A DNA stretch of 64,000 bases from Squalus acanthias (taxonomy: Eukaryota). The stretch spans positions 64,420,001 through 64,484,000 of the forward strand of contig CM059438.1 in assembly GCA_030390025.1 (NCBI GenBank), given 5' to 3'. The position numbers and the translations under genes are program-made. The notes under the pieces were generated by a model that was not told where the DNA came from, searched no databases, and worked only from the letters and a program-made list of their open reading frames with translations. Of the stretch, positions 34,145 to 47,188 are shown piece by piece; position 1 is the stretch's first letter; each line of letters opens with the position of its first letter.

Positions 34145-36061
34145 ATGACTGCACAGAGACAAAGGGCTGCGCCACGCTTCAACGATGATTCCCTCCATGT
34201 TTTTGTGGAGGGAGTCAGAGGACACAGAGAGGCTCTGTTCCTTGGAGATGGAAGGAGGAGACCTCCTCACCAGACCAAGGCAGCCTGGCTGCAAATAGCT
34301 GAGGAGGTCACTGCAAGGTCTGATGTTGCTCGCACTTGTTGCAATGCAGGAAGAGGTTCAATGATCTCCTGCGTTCAGGAAAAGTGAGTATAAAAGCACA
34401 CTTACCTTCATTCTGCTGTGCCTGTCATCACATCCCCATCACTCTGCATGCCAACCCTGCTCCTGCACATCCTAACTCACCCCAACATCCCTTGCATCAT
34501 CACCCATCCGTCTCTCCCTATGTACAGAATCACATCCCCATCTTACTATGCACCCCTCACACTCACCCTCATCGTTATGCAATGACAACAACTAACAACT
34601 CAAAAGGAAGCAACTTGGTATTGGCACCCCACTCCATCATAGCCTCCCTCTAAACATCTATGCTATCCATTCTTTACACTCATTTCATCACTCTCACTAA
34701 AACTACACTTCTTTCCCTCATTGCAGGAAAAGAGAGCCCACAATAAGAGGGAGGGGGAGAGAAAACGAGGAGGACCACCATCACTTGCTGATCTCACCAG
34801 CACCGAGGAGGCAGCTTTGGAGATCGCTGGAGAAGTTGAGCAGCCTGAAGTGGGGGACGGAGAGAGGGGATCATTAGAACAACCTGGTGTCAGAATGATT
34901 TTCCAGACATCTTATTTTGCAATCATGAATAGCTCGATTGGGATCTGATGTCAATAGAAATTGAATGCTGATCATGTGCACAATGGGATATGTCTGCAAT
35001 CTACATATCACATGTCTATTTCATGTCTTTACTCTCCCAGAGGACCATCAAGAGCCCCCCTCCCCACTGTCCAGGAGGAAGAGCAGGAGCACTCCTCAGA
35101 GGGTGCTCCAGCCTCTGAGGGAGCAGCGTCAGCAGAAATGAGCGCACCCAACACCAGCGCAGAGACGCACACCTCGGTGGGTCCTATGCGAGCTAGAGTA
35201 GTTTTGTCACCTGGTGTATCACAAGTCACATGTGAGCAAGATCAGATGGTGGAGACAGGGACAGCAGTGGAGACTCCTCATCGGAGGCCGCAGGAGTCTC
35301 CTAGCTCTGCTCAGTTGCATGCAGACACTGAGCCTCAGGGACCATCCATGAAGAGGGCAATCCTGGAGTTTCAGGAACAAGTTCAGGAGGCTCTGACAGG
35401 GTTTGCAACCACGGTGACTGCGAGTGTGCAGAGAATGGAGGAGTCCATCTCAAATATGAGCAACACCATGGCGCACGCACTGGCAACTGTAGGTTCTGCC
35501 ATGGAAAGGATGGCAACTGCCATGGAGGACATAAGTCGCCAGACTCAGGAGAACATGGTAACACTTCTAAATAGATGATCATCTATAGAGGATAGATGGG
35601 CATCTATTGAGGAGAGAAACCAGAGGTTCATGGATGTCCTTGTTATGAGGAATGTCATCACAGAAACGAGTCCTCATGGCCCCACTGATATGCAGCAAGG
35701 TTCTCTCCAGCTACTTGCTAGCAGAGAAGTGCGGGTGGTCCATGAGAGGGATGATGGTGGGAGGGGACATGGAAGTCGGGGCTCCTCTCCAAGCGCTCCA
35801 ACTTCCCCCCCCGCCTTGCCAACCCTTCGGTCAGAGCCCCAGATGCCTCCCCGAACACTGATGGCCGAGTCTGCCCCTGCACAGCTGCAGGAGGAGCAGA
35901 CTTTGGCGGGGCCCTCAAAGGCTCCAAAACCCAGAGGACGACCACCAAAGGTTTCTAAGCAGGAGCAGCAGGGAAGTGAGCAGCCTGCCTCTACATCTGG
36001 TGAAGCCACAGGGGTAGCACCGCGTAGAAGCATGCGTAAAAGAAAGCTCACACATAAATAG
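34145..36061 (+). pseudogene. Harbinger Myb/SANT-like DNA-binding protein, 3 exons (about 34145-34383, 34727-34886, 35043-36061)
   Basis: RAAPRFNDDSLHVFVEGV...AWLQIAEEV...RT/QCRKRFNDL trihelix; GTGAGT donor at 34384, TTGCAG acceptor at 34726; EKRAHNKRE...GGPP; coiled-coil-like block; basic C-terminus RRSMRKRK; frameshift near 34336 and in-frame TGA at 35576; exon 2/3 junction uncertain by a few bases. Confidence 0.87.
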
Positions 36062-36344
36062 TCACTAGGGTAGTCACTTGGGTGTTTTCCTATAAATGAA
36101 TGCTCCGTCTCAGATTGTTTTTGTTGTTGTAATAAAGTAATGTTTTGTGAATGATTGATGTTGTTGCCATATGTGTGGTCATAAATTGAGGAGGGACAGA
36201 CAAGGGTAAGGGCGCCTTTATTTTCCAGCAATGGTGGTGATAATGCAAGAATTGAACAGTTCATTGTAGAGATGATCTATGGTGTAGTGTGGTAATGCCA
36301 ACCTTCATGTGTATGTGTCAGCCACATGTCTGTGCTGCATAAAG

Positions 36345-37556
36345 CTACATGAATCTGGCATTGATTAGGCCATCCCTGGCATCATGGGCAGCAATGTGCT
36401 TGTGTGCTGGTCGCACTGGGTCAGCCGCCTCCTCCAGGTCTTCCTCTTGCTGACTCTCATTCTGGTCCTCCTCCTCCTCCTTTGAAGTGGCTGTGCGCTC
36501 TGCGCCTTGTGCCTCATGCAGCGCTAATCCTCGCTGCAGTGCGATGTTGTGCAGGGTGCAGCACACAACAATGATTCTGGAGACCCTGGCTGGTGCGTAC
36601 TGATCTGTCCAGGCATCTGAATGCATTTTGAGCAACCCTATTGTTTGCTCTATGAGTGGGTGGAAATGAGACTTTGATTGTAGCGCTCCTCAGACTAGCT
36701 TGAGGGCCTTCTCAACGATGTCATTAGCCGTGTCTTCAGGGGATAGCCCTTGTCTCCAAGGAGCCAGCTGGAAAGTTCGTTTGGTGGTGCGAAGAGCTGA
36801 GGCACAGTGGACTGGCGCAGGATGTAAGAGTCATGGCAGCTGCCAGGGAATCTCGCGCACACATGCATGATGCTCTTTCTATGGTTGTAGACCAGCTGCA
36901 TGTTAAGGGAGTGGAAGCCCTTGTGGTTGACAAATGCTGCTGGGTTCTGATGGGGTACCCTGATGGCCACATGGGTGCAGTCGATGACGCCCTGCACCCG
37001 TGGGAAGCCAGCCTGATTGACAAAGCCGCTCGGTAACACTGGCTTCATCAGTGGAAAAATGGATGTAATTTGCGGACTTGTCAAAGAGGGCATCGGTGAC
37101 CTGCGTGATGCATCTGTGGGCGGCCGACTGGGAGATGCCGCTAATGTCTGCTGCTTATCCCTGGAAGGACTCTGACGCAAAGAAGTTGAGTGCGGTGGTG
37201 ACTTTGACAGCCACTGGTAAGGTGTGTCCACCCGCTCCTCTGGGCTGCAGGTCTTGATCAAGCATTGTGCAAATGTTTGCAACGACCTGTCGCGAAAGTC
37301 TCAGCCTCCTTTGGCACTGCTGCTCAGTCATGTTGAGGAGGCTCATCCTCTACCTGTAAACCCTGTGTTGGGGATATCTCCTGTGGCATGGTGCAGCCCT
37401 GCGCTGAAGGCCTCTGCCCTGTGCAACATCAATTGGTTGAGAAGAAGGTTGGCGCTCTTTTTGTTGGTATTGCTGGTGTTCCTGGTTCTGGTGCTGCTGC
37501 GGTTGATCATCTTCCGATTCTGAGGTCCAGGGTGAGAGAGGATAAATGGTTCCCAT
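36345..37556 (-). pseudogene. Harbinger DDE transposase (HARBI1-like)
   Basis: [59 protein letters not shown]; split over four ORFs. Confidence 0.93.
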
Positions 37557-39004
37557 TCTGCTCTTATATATGGCAGTTGAGGATGAGATGGTAGAAGAAA
37601 TCAGTCTCTGGGGAGAGAGGCTATTCCAAGAAGGTGACAGTGCATATGGAGTTTACAACATACACTTACAGCCTCAATACAGATCAAATGTGTCTTCCCA
37701 ATCCCGAAATCAGCAACTTCTGACATTGCAAACTGAACAGATGTGAAAGGTTAGATTTTATACTGCAGTTACAGCTGGGAACTATTCAGCTCGATTGAAC
37801 TCCCGACATACTTACCTGACGTGATCTCCGAACGATGTGAAGCCTGTTGAAAATGTGGGAAGGTCCAAAAAGGCCGCCAAAATAGTCTTTAACAAGCACT
37901 AATAAGAAGTGAAGTATCCTAAATGCCTCCCCTGCCGCTTGGTGTCGGGTCTGTTCTGAAATCGCAGACCTGACGTTTTGGAAACTTCCACGGAGACGGG
38001 TTCGCAGTGGGTTCCCACCCCGCCCTCAATCATTGCGATTTTGACAGCGGAACCCCCTCCGAACCCGCCCTCTGAGCGCCGGCAAAATCACGGCCTTTGG
38101 TTCTAATACCATGGATCTGGAAACTGGACATCTCGAAAGTCAGAAATGGCCTTTCCACTGAAGTGGGTTGCGTGGACTTGTTACTTAATTTCCTTCAGTT
38201 TCCTGCTCTCCAGAGCTGGGTTGACATTGTTTGTTGTTACTCAAGTGGCGATGTGACTGTTAAGTAACTGGAGAGGCACCTGATCAGTATTAGTGCAGAG
38301 AGGCCTGATTGGTCAGGTTTCGGCCAACGAGGTTAAACAAACTTCTATAGTGGAAACTGACGCATTGGAGAATTGAAGGAAGTGGCATTCTATTTTGTGC
38401 TATTAAAAAAAAAAGTTGGACAAGACGAAAACGGTGGTTTCTACAAGTGGTAATCACCCTCTGAATATACCACCAGGAATATTCAACTTGTCCGAATGAC
38501 CTCCCTGGGAAACTTGGCAAGTTGACCCTGCTTAAAAAAAACCCCAAATGTCAACAGTGGAAAAGCAATGGCCAGGTGAAGTCCATTGATAAATTCATTT
38601 GGCAAAAAAAAAATTCGTCCTCCTTTCAAAGGTCAACTAATGGGTGATATGTCTTAAGGAATCCCAGGAAAGGAAATGCAGAGCTTAATTACTGAGTTTT
38701 CGCTGGTGATGTGGCGCCTCATTTGTTGGCTGTACCTACTGGGAGATCAGTGGGAAGTGATCTGCCCATTAAAACTAACAGACTGAAAATAGTGCCCACA
38801 ATTTGCTGATATACACAGCCCAGAACATGGGGATTGCTATTGGCAGCATGTTGAGTCACACATCTTGATTTACATTGGCTCGAATACAGATATTGATTTT
38901 CAACTATTTTTTTGTATCATATCCAACTGGAAACTACCTGACATCTTTCTGGCTGCTAATGCAGCTGAAAGACAGTTCCCTATAATGGGTTGAAATCACA
39001 CTGC

Positions 39005-39510
39005 TACATATTATAAAAAGGATATAGAGGCACTGGAGAAGGTGCAAAAAAGATTTACTAGAATGATACCAGAACTGAGAGGTTATACCCATCAGGAAAG
39101 ATTGAACAGGCTGGGGCTCTTTTCTCTAGAAAAGAGAAGACCGAGGGGTGACCTGATAGAGGTCTTCAAGGTTATGCAAGGGTTTGATGGGGTTGACGTA
39201 GATACGATGTTTCCACTTGCAAAACTCAGGGCCATAAATATAAGATAGTCACTAATAAATCCAAAAGGGAATTCAGGAGAAACTTCTTTACCCAGAGAGT
39301 GGTGAGAATGTGGAACTCGCTACCACAGGCAGTGGTTGAGGTGAATAGCATAGATGCATTTAAGGGGAAGCTAGATAAACACACGAGGGAGAAAGGAACA
39401 GAAGGATATGTTGACGGGGTTAGATGAAGAAGGGTGGGAGGAGGCTCATGTGGAGCATAAACACCGGCATGGACCTGTTAAGCCAAATGGCCTGTTTCTG
39501 TGTACTATGT
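39005..39510 (+). mobile_element. CR1 3' fragment
   Basis: QKRFTRMIPELRG...RRNFFTQRVVRMWNSLP; tail interrupted by an LTR. Confidence 0.88.
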
Positions 39511-41142
39511 TGTAAGGGGTTCGGGTGGCTCTGTGCTTAGCCTGGGTGCTAGTGAGGGGTTAGGCATTGTTGCCTGTTCTGGTCTCCAGCCAGCCTGGTA
39601 ACACTAGACACCTGTGAGTGGTTCGACCCACTCGCCCTTACGGTTCTGACACTGGACTTAGGTGCGAGAGCAATAATGCAGAGAAAAACTCAGGTAGACC
39701 CGGTTGAATAGTGCGAAATGGAAAATCTTTATTGCATATTATTCAAGATTACGAAATACATGTCATAAGCACAGATTAATAACAGTACAAACTTACATAC
39801 ATTTATGCAACTAGGTTTAGGGAAACGAGGAGCGCACGACACATCGTAAAAGGGGACACACATTATAATTATCCTTAAAACATAAACCCTTCCCTATCAA
39901 TACCTGTCCTAATCTAGATTTGTAGGACCGAGACTCATGCTCACCACTCGGGACAATTCGGAGAATTCCGAAACTCTGCTCGGATGTTTTCACCGCAGCA
40001 CCTGACTATCCACGTGTTGATCAGGGGTCTCTGTACCCCACTTGTTTACTCGCTTCTGCTCCGGCTAGCAGGCTGGACCGTCTGCTGTCATGAAGATCTG
40101 TGTTGACCTCGAAACTCTGATAAAACTCAAAGAAGAGTCTTCCTATGCCCGGCACCAGTTAGCCGGTAAAATTCAAAGAAAAAGTCTTTCTGGACCGACA
40201 CCAGTTGTGGAGTAGCCGATAGAATTCGAAGAAATGGTTAATCGATTTTCGGGTGCGGTCGGGGTTTACTGACCGCGGCGGCACGTGTAGTCGTCTTCTT
40301 CTCTTCTCATCTCATCTCCTCTCATCTCCTCTCGGGCCTTCGGTTTCAACACCGTTTACCGACTTCTCGGGATGGTGCGCCCGCTTATCGGCCTTCGCAG
40401 TCCAGTTCTCCACAGATCTTCGCGGCAAGCCATGAGGTTGACTCCCGGAAAATCAGTGGATCAGAGAATGAGAGTCCAGAGCTCCAGTCGGTGGTAAAGA
40501 AATAAGAGAAAGATGGACGTTTGGACACTACAGTTTATAGTACTGTAATTCCTTATCTCCCGCCCAATCTTTAATGTTCATCTTTTGTCATGTTTTGGCG
40601 CTCAAACTTCTTGTATGGGGTGGTACTTGTCGTTAATGGGTTACGGTGACACTTGTAACTGTCTGAGTACCCGTTAATATTTCTCCCATTGTGGAACCGG
40701 CTAGTAGTCTCCCTGGAGGGGTTTTGGGGGCTTCCAAATGCTTGCTGTGAGTACCCGCGAACGGCTCTCTCATCGTAGAGCCGTGGGGAATTTGCATATC
40801 AATGTCTTTGGATGGGTCCTTGATCGCCCAGTACAATAGCCCTCGTTTGTACCTGGAAGACCGATTCCAGTATTTATGTTTAAAATGCAAACCCATCGCG
40901 TCTTGTCATTATCTCAAATGTGCTGAGTCCTGTCCGATCTTGCTGAAATGTTTATTGAAACGCCATCTTGTCTGCCTACTGAAAGTCTAGAACCTTCTGC
41001 CACGAGGCGTGGCGGCCATTTTACAGGCTGCTTGTGTCCCTTTTGTAACATGACAGCATTTTGCTGAAATAAAGCTGTTTGTACGAAACTTTATGTCTCC
41101 TTCTCATTATTATAAAATCGCGATAATTTTGCGAATTCTACA
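39511..41142 (-). mobile_element. Large solo LTR, 1632 bp
   Basis: TGTA...TACA termini; TSD ATGT at 39507-39510 and 41143-41146; minus-strand TATAAA near 40537 and AATAAA near 39730. Confidence 0.8.
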
Positions 41143-41329
41143 ATGTAATATGGTAGTGTGAAATTTCTCTGTCTGCTATCAAAGCAAAGGTTTTAATCCA
41201 ATTTAAATAAACAGTCTCGGTGCACAGCAATGTGAAAGGTGTTTGTGCTGAAAATGAAGCATTTCCTTCTTCAAGTGCCCAGTGTCAGCATCACGCACTC
41301 CCCAGGCTAAGAGGAGGCACGAAGAAAGA

Positions 41330-42000
41330 CTGGCAGTACACATAACGGGAACTAGTAAAGGATTTTATAAACTCATAAAAATGGAAAACAATAGTTAAAG
41401 AAAGAGTAGGGCCAATTAAAAAAATGAAATTCTTATGGAGAATGAAGATAAACGAAGCAAGCTAAATGAGTACTTTTCTCCGGTTTTACAGCTGAACGTG
41501 ACAGTGGGAATGAGGGTACAAGAGGAGGAGGTGGAGCCATTAGATAGGGTAACTCTGGATAAGGGAAGTAGTACTGAAATAATTGTTGAAACTCAACGTC
41601 AGGCCTGCTGGCATGTATCCCAGAATACCGAGGGAAGTCAGACAGGAAGTAGCAGAAGCTCTGACTGCAATCTTTCAAAAATCTTGGATATGGAAGATGT
41701 GCCAGAGGACTGGAAGATTGTCATTTGAAGCATCTCTGTTCCGAAAGGGATAAACCATGTAACTATAATTCAGTCAGCCCAACGATAAAATGAATACTTA
41801 TTCAGGAAGACGTGAGTTAATTAAGGGCAGCCAGCATGGTTTTATAAAAGGCAAATTGTGTCTGACAAATATAAAAGAGTTGGCTGAGGAAATAATGATG
41901 TGTATTGATGAAGAAGGTGCAGTGGATTTTGTGCATGTGGATTTTAAAAAGGCATTTGATAAGGTGCTACATCGGAGACTTGTTGATAAAATGAAAACAC
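41330..42000 (+). mobile_element. Decayed CR1 ORF2 fragment
   Basis: LNEYFS, VPEDWK, SQHGFIKGKLCLTN, VDFKKAFDKVLHRRL. Confidence 0.8.
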
Positions 42001-42214
42001 CTGCGGTAAAAATTCAGGTGCGCTCATTTTTGTACAAGCCCCAGCAGAAGCTTTAAGGGCTCCCCATGCATGAAAGGTGAAAGGTGAAAGGTGAGGAAAC
42101 CCCCTTCCACCCCAGTCCCACCACATTTCACACGCATACAGTATCTGTTCCAAATGAAAGTGCAGGCCCAGTTACATAGGAATTCTTGGATATGGAAGCT
42201 GTGTTAGTTTACAG

Positions 42215-42680
42215 TGTCAGCTGTGGCTCAGTGGGTTAGCACACTCGCCTCTGAGCCAGAAGGTTGTGGGTTCAAGTCCCACTCCAGGGACATGAGCACA
42301 AAAATCTAGGCTGACACTCCAGTGCCGTGCTGAGGGAGCGCCGCACTGTTGGAGGTGCCATCTTTTGGATGAAGACGTTAAACCAAAGCCCCGTCTGCTC
42401 TCTCAAGTGAACGTAAAAGATCCCATGGCATTGTTTCGAAGAAGAGCAGGGGAGTTATCCCTGGTGTCCTGGCCAATATTTATCCCTCATCAACATAACA
42501 AAAACAGATTATCTGGTCATTATCAGATTGCTGTTTGTGGGAGCTTGCTGTGCACAAATTGCCTGCCGCATTTCCTACATTACAACAGTGACTCCACTCC
42601 AAAAGTACTTCATTGGCTGTAAAGCTCTTTGAGGTGGTCATGAAAGGAGTTATATAAATCCAAGTCTTTCTTTTCTCTTT
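42215..42680 (+). mobile_element. Full-length DeuSINE (SacSINE1-like)
   Basis: A and B boxes, Deu-like core and tail as at 12749. Confidence 0.9.
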
Positions 42681-43007
42681 TAATGGATAGACGGAAAAGG
42701 ACCAAGGTTCATCTAGGTCGCCTTCTACCATCCTGGTAGTCACATGATACAATAATGGAGTTGTTGGCTAATCATAGCATAGTTAGGCCCACTGAGGCAA
42801 GCCCTGGGAATGCTGGGGCAGCCTAGTGTGGCCAGAGACCTGAAATAGTGGCACTCTACCCCCTTTACCTCTTCACTTCATCTGGGAAATGAGCATTCTC
42901 GAGGCACTACAATGAGGCAATCTGGTTCAGTACATTTTTCCTTTGGTAAAGGTAAATAAATCTCTTTGAGTTGCTGCCTCCTTTTTCTCTTCCAGTTCAC
43001 ACATATT

Positions 43008-43651
43008 AACCCGGAACTTGCAATCTGTCAAGAATCTTCTTGACAGATCTAACGCATCCCCGGGAAAAGGGCATCCGCGGGCGGAGAGTTGGGCTATTTG
43101 TCCAATTTCTGCCCAGCGAATGCCCGTGAAATTCTTATCAGGCGTAAGGCCTGCTTTTACCAGCGTAAGAGTTTAAATGAACATAAAAATACATTTGTTT
43201 CAATCATTTAAACATTAAGAACCTGTGGAATAAGAGAAGTTTATTTTTAGCCTCTTTAAAACGTTAAAAAAAAATTCAAAAAATTATTTAAAAAAAAAAA
43301 GATTTGCAATTTAATTAATTTTAAAAATGTAATTTTTATTTTACTTATTTGAAGTGTAGATGTATTTATTTGGGTATTCCTATTCGTGCTTATGGGGTTT
43401 CCGTATGTACGGAATCCCCATAAGTATGAATGGGCATCCCCCTTCTTTCATTGGTTGGGCCGGACCACATAATCCCAGGGGCGCTTGCGAACCGCCTGCC
43501 CCCCGGGATACGTGGGCCTCTACCCGCGGGTACCCAGAGAGGCCCAGGACCGCGAGTCTCCGTACCTCCCAGACCATCAGGTACACGGGCATTTTATTTG
43601 CGGATCGGAGGCATTTCCCCGCGGGAAGCCTCTGACCGCACATTCAGGGCC
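43008..43651. mobile_element. Probable Harbinger-type MITE with AT-rich centre
   Basis: Right end CCGCACATTCAGGGCC, degenerate left end AACCCGGAACTTGC; same GC-AT-GC layout as 49499-50244. Confidence 0.5.
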
Positions 43652-45400
43652 ATAGCCTCCAGCTAACAGGCAATCTATTCAAGGGTCTCCATCGCTGGTG
43701 TTTAGAGAGGGCTCTGGGTTGACTCTCCTACAGTTCTTGTCTCCCTGTCTGTGAGGAAGCACTTGGCACACACTGCAAACCTTCCAGCCAAGTTTTGTTG
43801 GTTGCTTAACCCTTAAGTACATCATTCAGCTCCTTATTGTCTCGCACTGTGCATTGGAACAGAAGAAGACTGGCTGGCAAGAGGATCAATTTGTCTATAT
43901 TAAGTATTTAATCCCATCGAAATTAATTCATTGAAATAAATACAGAAAATCTCTCTTCAGTCCTGGAACAAAGTCAAGTATAACGGTTAATATTGTTCAA
44001 ATTAGTAATGGGATATTTAACCAATAATGCAAAAATTGTAATATAATAGCCATTTACTGATTTATTTTTCATTAATATGTCATGCATTTTGTACTGCAAT
44101 TATTTCAAAAATGACTGAAATTATGATTTGTCATGTGTTCTGACATTATTTTTCCTTCTTACAGTTATTGCAGAGTTAATGGCCAGGAATTTGCGGCTGT
44201 CATGATGATGAAACTGTCAGCGTTCGCCATCGTTACTGTATAAAACTGACCGCAACTTCTGGTGTCTGCACATGTGCAGTTAAACACAGAAATCCAGAAA
44301 GTGCTGTCAGTGACACCCAGCTCCTCCACAGGGTGCGCTGTTGCAGTCCTCGCAGATGCAATCAGCGCAGAATCAGTGATTTGACATGAACTTCAACTGT
44401 TTACGCACTATTCTTGCAGTAAAAACCATTGAAAAAGATAAGCCCTGTTGAATGAGGTGTAACTGAGTTTTTAACAGCGTACTAAGTCAGAATTACTGCT
44501 GAACAACATCTCTGGCCTGAAAAACGAATTTTAGAAGCGGGGTCGGAATTTTGCTCACCTCGGTGGGTCTGGTGTGGGCGATGACGGTGGCGGGTCGCGG
44601 CCCTGCTGCTGGCTCCATCCCACTGTTCAAAATGAATTTACATTGATAGGGTTTGTTAAGCCCGCCCAGCGCATTTCCCGGCCCAATTAGAGGAAGCGGG
44701 TCTGGTGACATCATTTGAGGACACGTCATCAGCCGGTTGCCTTAAAGGGACCATGGCCACCTTACTTTTGACATTTGTGCTGTCAGTGTTCTACAGCATT
44801 GAGGTGCTGCAAGCTCTGACAATCACTGCACAGGGGTGCAGGGCTCCACCCAGGCTCTCCCATGACTCCCTCCATATAGTTATGGAGGGAGTCGCATCAC
44901 GCAGGGTGGTCCTCTTCCCTTCCCATGGGTGGAAGAGACCTCCCCAGGAGATCAACACAGCCTGGTTGCACATTGCAGAGGAGGACACAAGCAGGGATGT
45001 GGTCAGGAGGACCAGGCTGCAGTTGCGCAAATGTTTCAATGATCTCAGTAGATCACGAAACGTTAGCACAAAGCCACACTCAACCTCATTCTGCTCTGCC
45101 TCTCATCACATCCCCATCACTCTGCCTTCCCTACTCTACCCCACACACCCTTACTTACACCAACTTACCTTGCACCTCCACCCATCCCTCTCTATCTACA
45201 TTATCACATCCCCATTTCACTAGCCACCCCTCACACTCACCCTCATCCTAGTGCAATTGTACCAACTAACAACACACAAGGGTAGGCACTTGGGTGTTTT
45301 ATCCAACGTTCATGTAAAGTTTCTGTTAATGTGGTGTCAAACATTGAAACCTTTATTTTGAACACTTTCCATTCTTGGACAGATTTGTGTACACCTTTGG

Positions 45401-45811
45401 AAGGAAGGAAGGAAAACTTGCATTTATATAGCGCCTTTCACGACCACCGGACGTCTCAAAGTGCTTTACAGCCACTGAAGTACTTTTGAAGTGAAGTCAC
45501 TGTTGTAATGTGGGAAACACGGCAGCCAATTTGCGTACAGCAAGTTCCCACAAACAGCAATGTGAAAATGACCAGATAATCTGTTTTAGTTATGTTGGTT
45601 GAGGGAGAAATATTGGCCATGACACCGGGGATAACTCCCCTACTCTTCTACGACATAGTGCCATGGGATCTTTTACATCCACCTGAGAGGTCAGACGGGG
45701 TCTCGATTTAACGTCTCATCCAAAAGACATCCGACAGTGCAGCACTCCCTCAGCACTGCACTGGAGTGTCAGCCTAGCTTTATGTGCTCAAAATCCCTGG
45801 AGTGGGACTTG
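45401..45811 (-). mobile_element. DeuSINE nested in the deleted Harbinger
   Basis: Reverse complement of the SINE body; (GAAG)n tail at left. Confidence 0.88.
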
Positions 45812-46140
45812 AAAGTGGCTTAGTGAGTTGCAGTGAATGGTGAGTGTGAAAGGAATGGCTTGGACATTGTAGGGATGCTTTATGGTGGTGGTGTGGGGTG
45901 GTGCCAACCTGGTGCATCATGTGGCAGCCAGGGTGCACAGCACCAAGTGAAGTAAATCTGGCCATGGTGAGGCCATCCCTGGCCTCCCGGGCAGCAACGT
46001 GCTTGGGTGCTGACGTCCTATGTCCAGTGCAGCATCAGGTGATTGTGGAGAATGTTGGTGTTGTTGTCGATGCTGCTGGTGTGCCTGGTGCTGCTGGTGT
46101 TGGGGCTCATCGTGGTGGGATTCTGAGGACCAAGGTGAGA

Positions 46141-46520
46141 CATACGAACATACGAATTAGGAGCAGGATTAGGCCACTCGGCCCCTCAAGCCTGCTTCGC
46201 CATTCAATAAGATCATGGCTGATCTGATTACTCCACATTCCCGCCTACCCCCGATAACCTTTCACCCCCTTGTTTACCAAGAATCTATCGACCTCTGCCT
46301 TAAAAATATTCAAAGACTCTGCTTCTACCGCCCTCTGAGGAAGAGAGCTCCAAAGACTCACGACCCTCTGTGAGAAAAAAATTCTCCTCATCTCTGTCTT
46401 AAATGGGCGACCCCTTATTTTTAAACAGTGACCCCTAGTTCTAGATTCTCGCACAAGAGGAAACATCCTCTCCACATCCACCCTGTCAAGACCCCTCAGG
46501 ATCTTATATGTTTCTCAATC
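46141..46520 (-). mobile_element. CR1 3' fragment nested in the deleted Harbinger
   Basis: (ACATACGA)n tail; RRIFFSQRVVSLWSSLP. Confidence 0.9.
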
Positions 46521-47149
46521 AGTATAAAGGGCACCCATGTTGATGTAATAGATGACAGGTGAAGTAGAGATGACAGAAGCATTCTGTCAATGGTGGAGAG
46601 TTCTTCCAATGAGGCGAGAGTGGATGGAGAATGGAAAGTAGAAAGCCTGCAGAATCTGTGCTGGAAATGGACTGAGAAATAGCTTGGGGCTGAGGAACAT
46701 GATGATCTGTCAGGTGGGAGCTTTTACTGTACATTTGAAGCTGTCAAGTAATCAGCTGGAGCAATGGCCATGGAATTCCCGCCTCAGGCCGACAGCCGTG
46801 GTCCCCGAACAGCTTGGTTCCCGTGGCCATGAAGTTAAAGTTAAGAAGTAAGTTAAAAAAGCCTGTTAAGTATATTATGATGAGTTTATTTGGGTCGCCG
46901 GCCGCTGCCTGTCAGGTCTGCTCAGCGCTGCCAGACCCGACATTGGGAAAAGCGCGTTCCCACTTTCCCACCCAACCCACCATCGATCCCGCCCGCTGAT
47001 ACCCCGGAAAATTCTGGCCATGGAGTGTCATTCCCTCCATTCCATGATACAAATTCCATAGATTTTTTAAATAATAAAAACATTTTTTTTTTAAATGTTT
47101 GTTTACGATATTTCAGCTTCTACCTTAATCCCATGTGTATGTCCCAATC

Positions 47150-47188
47150 AAGTCATCCTTGGTTCCGAGGGACTGCCTAAGAGAAGAG
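47150..47188 (+). mobile_element. 39-bp retroposed 3' end (RTE-like) with 11-bp TSD
   Basis: ATGTCCCAATC at 47139-47149 and 47189-47199 flanks AAGTCATCCTTGGTTCCGAGGGACTGCCTAAGAGAAGAG. Confidence 0.65.

Larger units (their letters stand above)
33884..38095. mobile_element. Structurally complete PIF/Harbinger DNA transposon (two convergent genes, both mutated)
   Basis: Imperfect TIRs GGGCTGGATTTTCCC / GGCAAAATCACGGCC; TSD TTT at 33881-33883 and 38096-38098; Myb-like gene on +, DDE transposase on -. Confidence 0.93.
44541..47019. mobile_element. Internally deleted Harbinger element
   Basis: TIRs GGTCGGAATTTTGC / GGAAAATTCTGGCC; Myb exon 1 remnant 44822-45062 (RAPPRLSHDSL...AWLHIAEE...RKCFNDL); transposase N-terminus joined to C-terminus on minus at about 45950-46140. 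Confidence 0.8.

Noticed and set aside
36345..37556. Host HARBI1 gene
   Set aside because: Disrupted frame inside TIRs with a TSD and a partner Myb gene; it is a transposon copy
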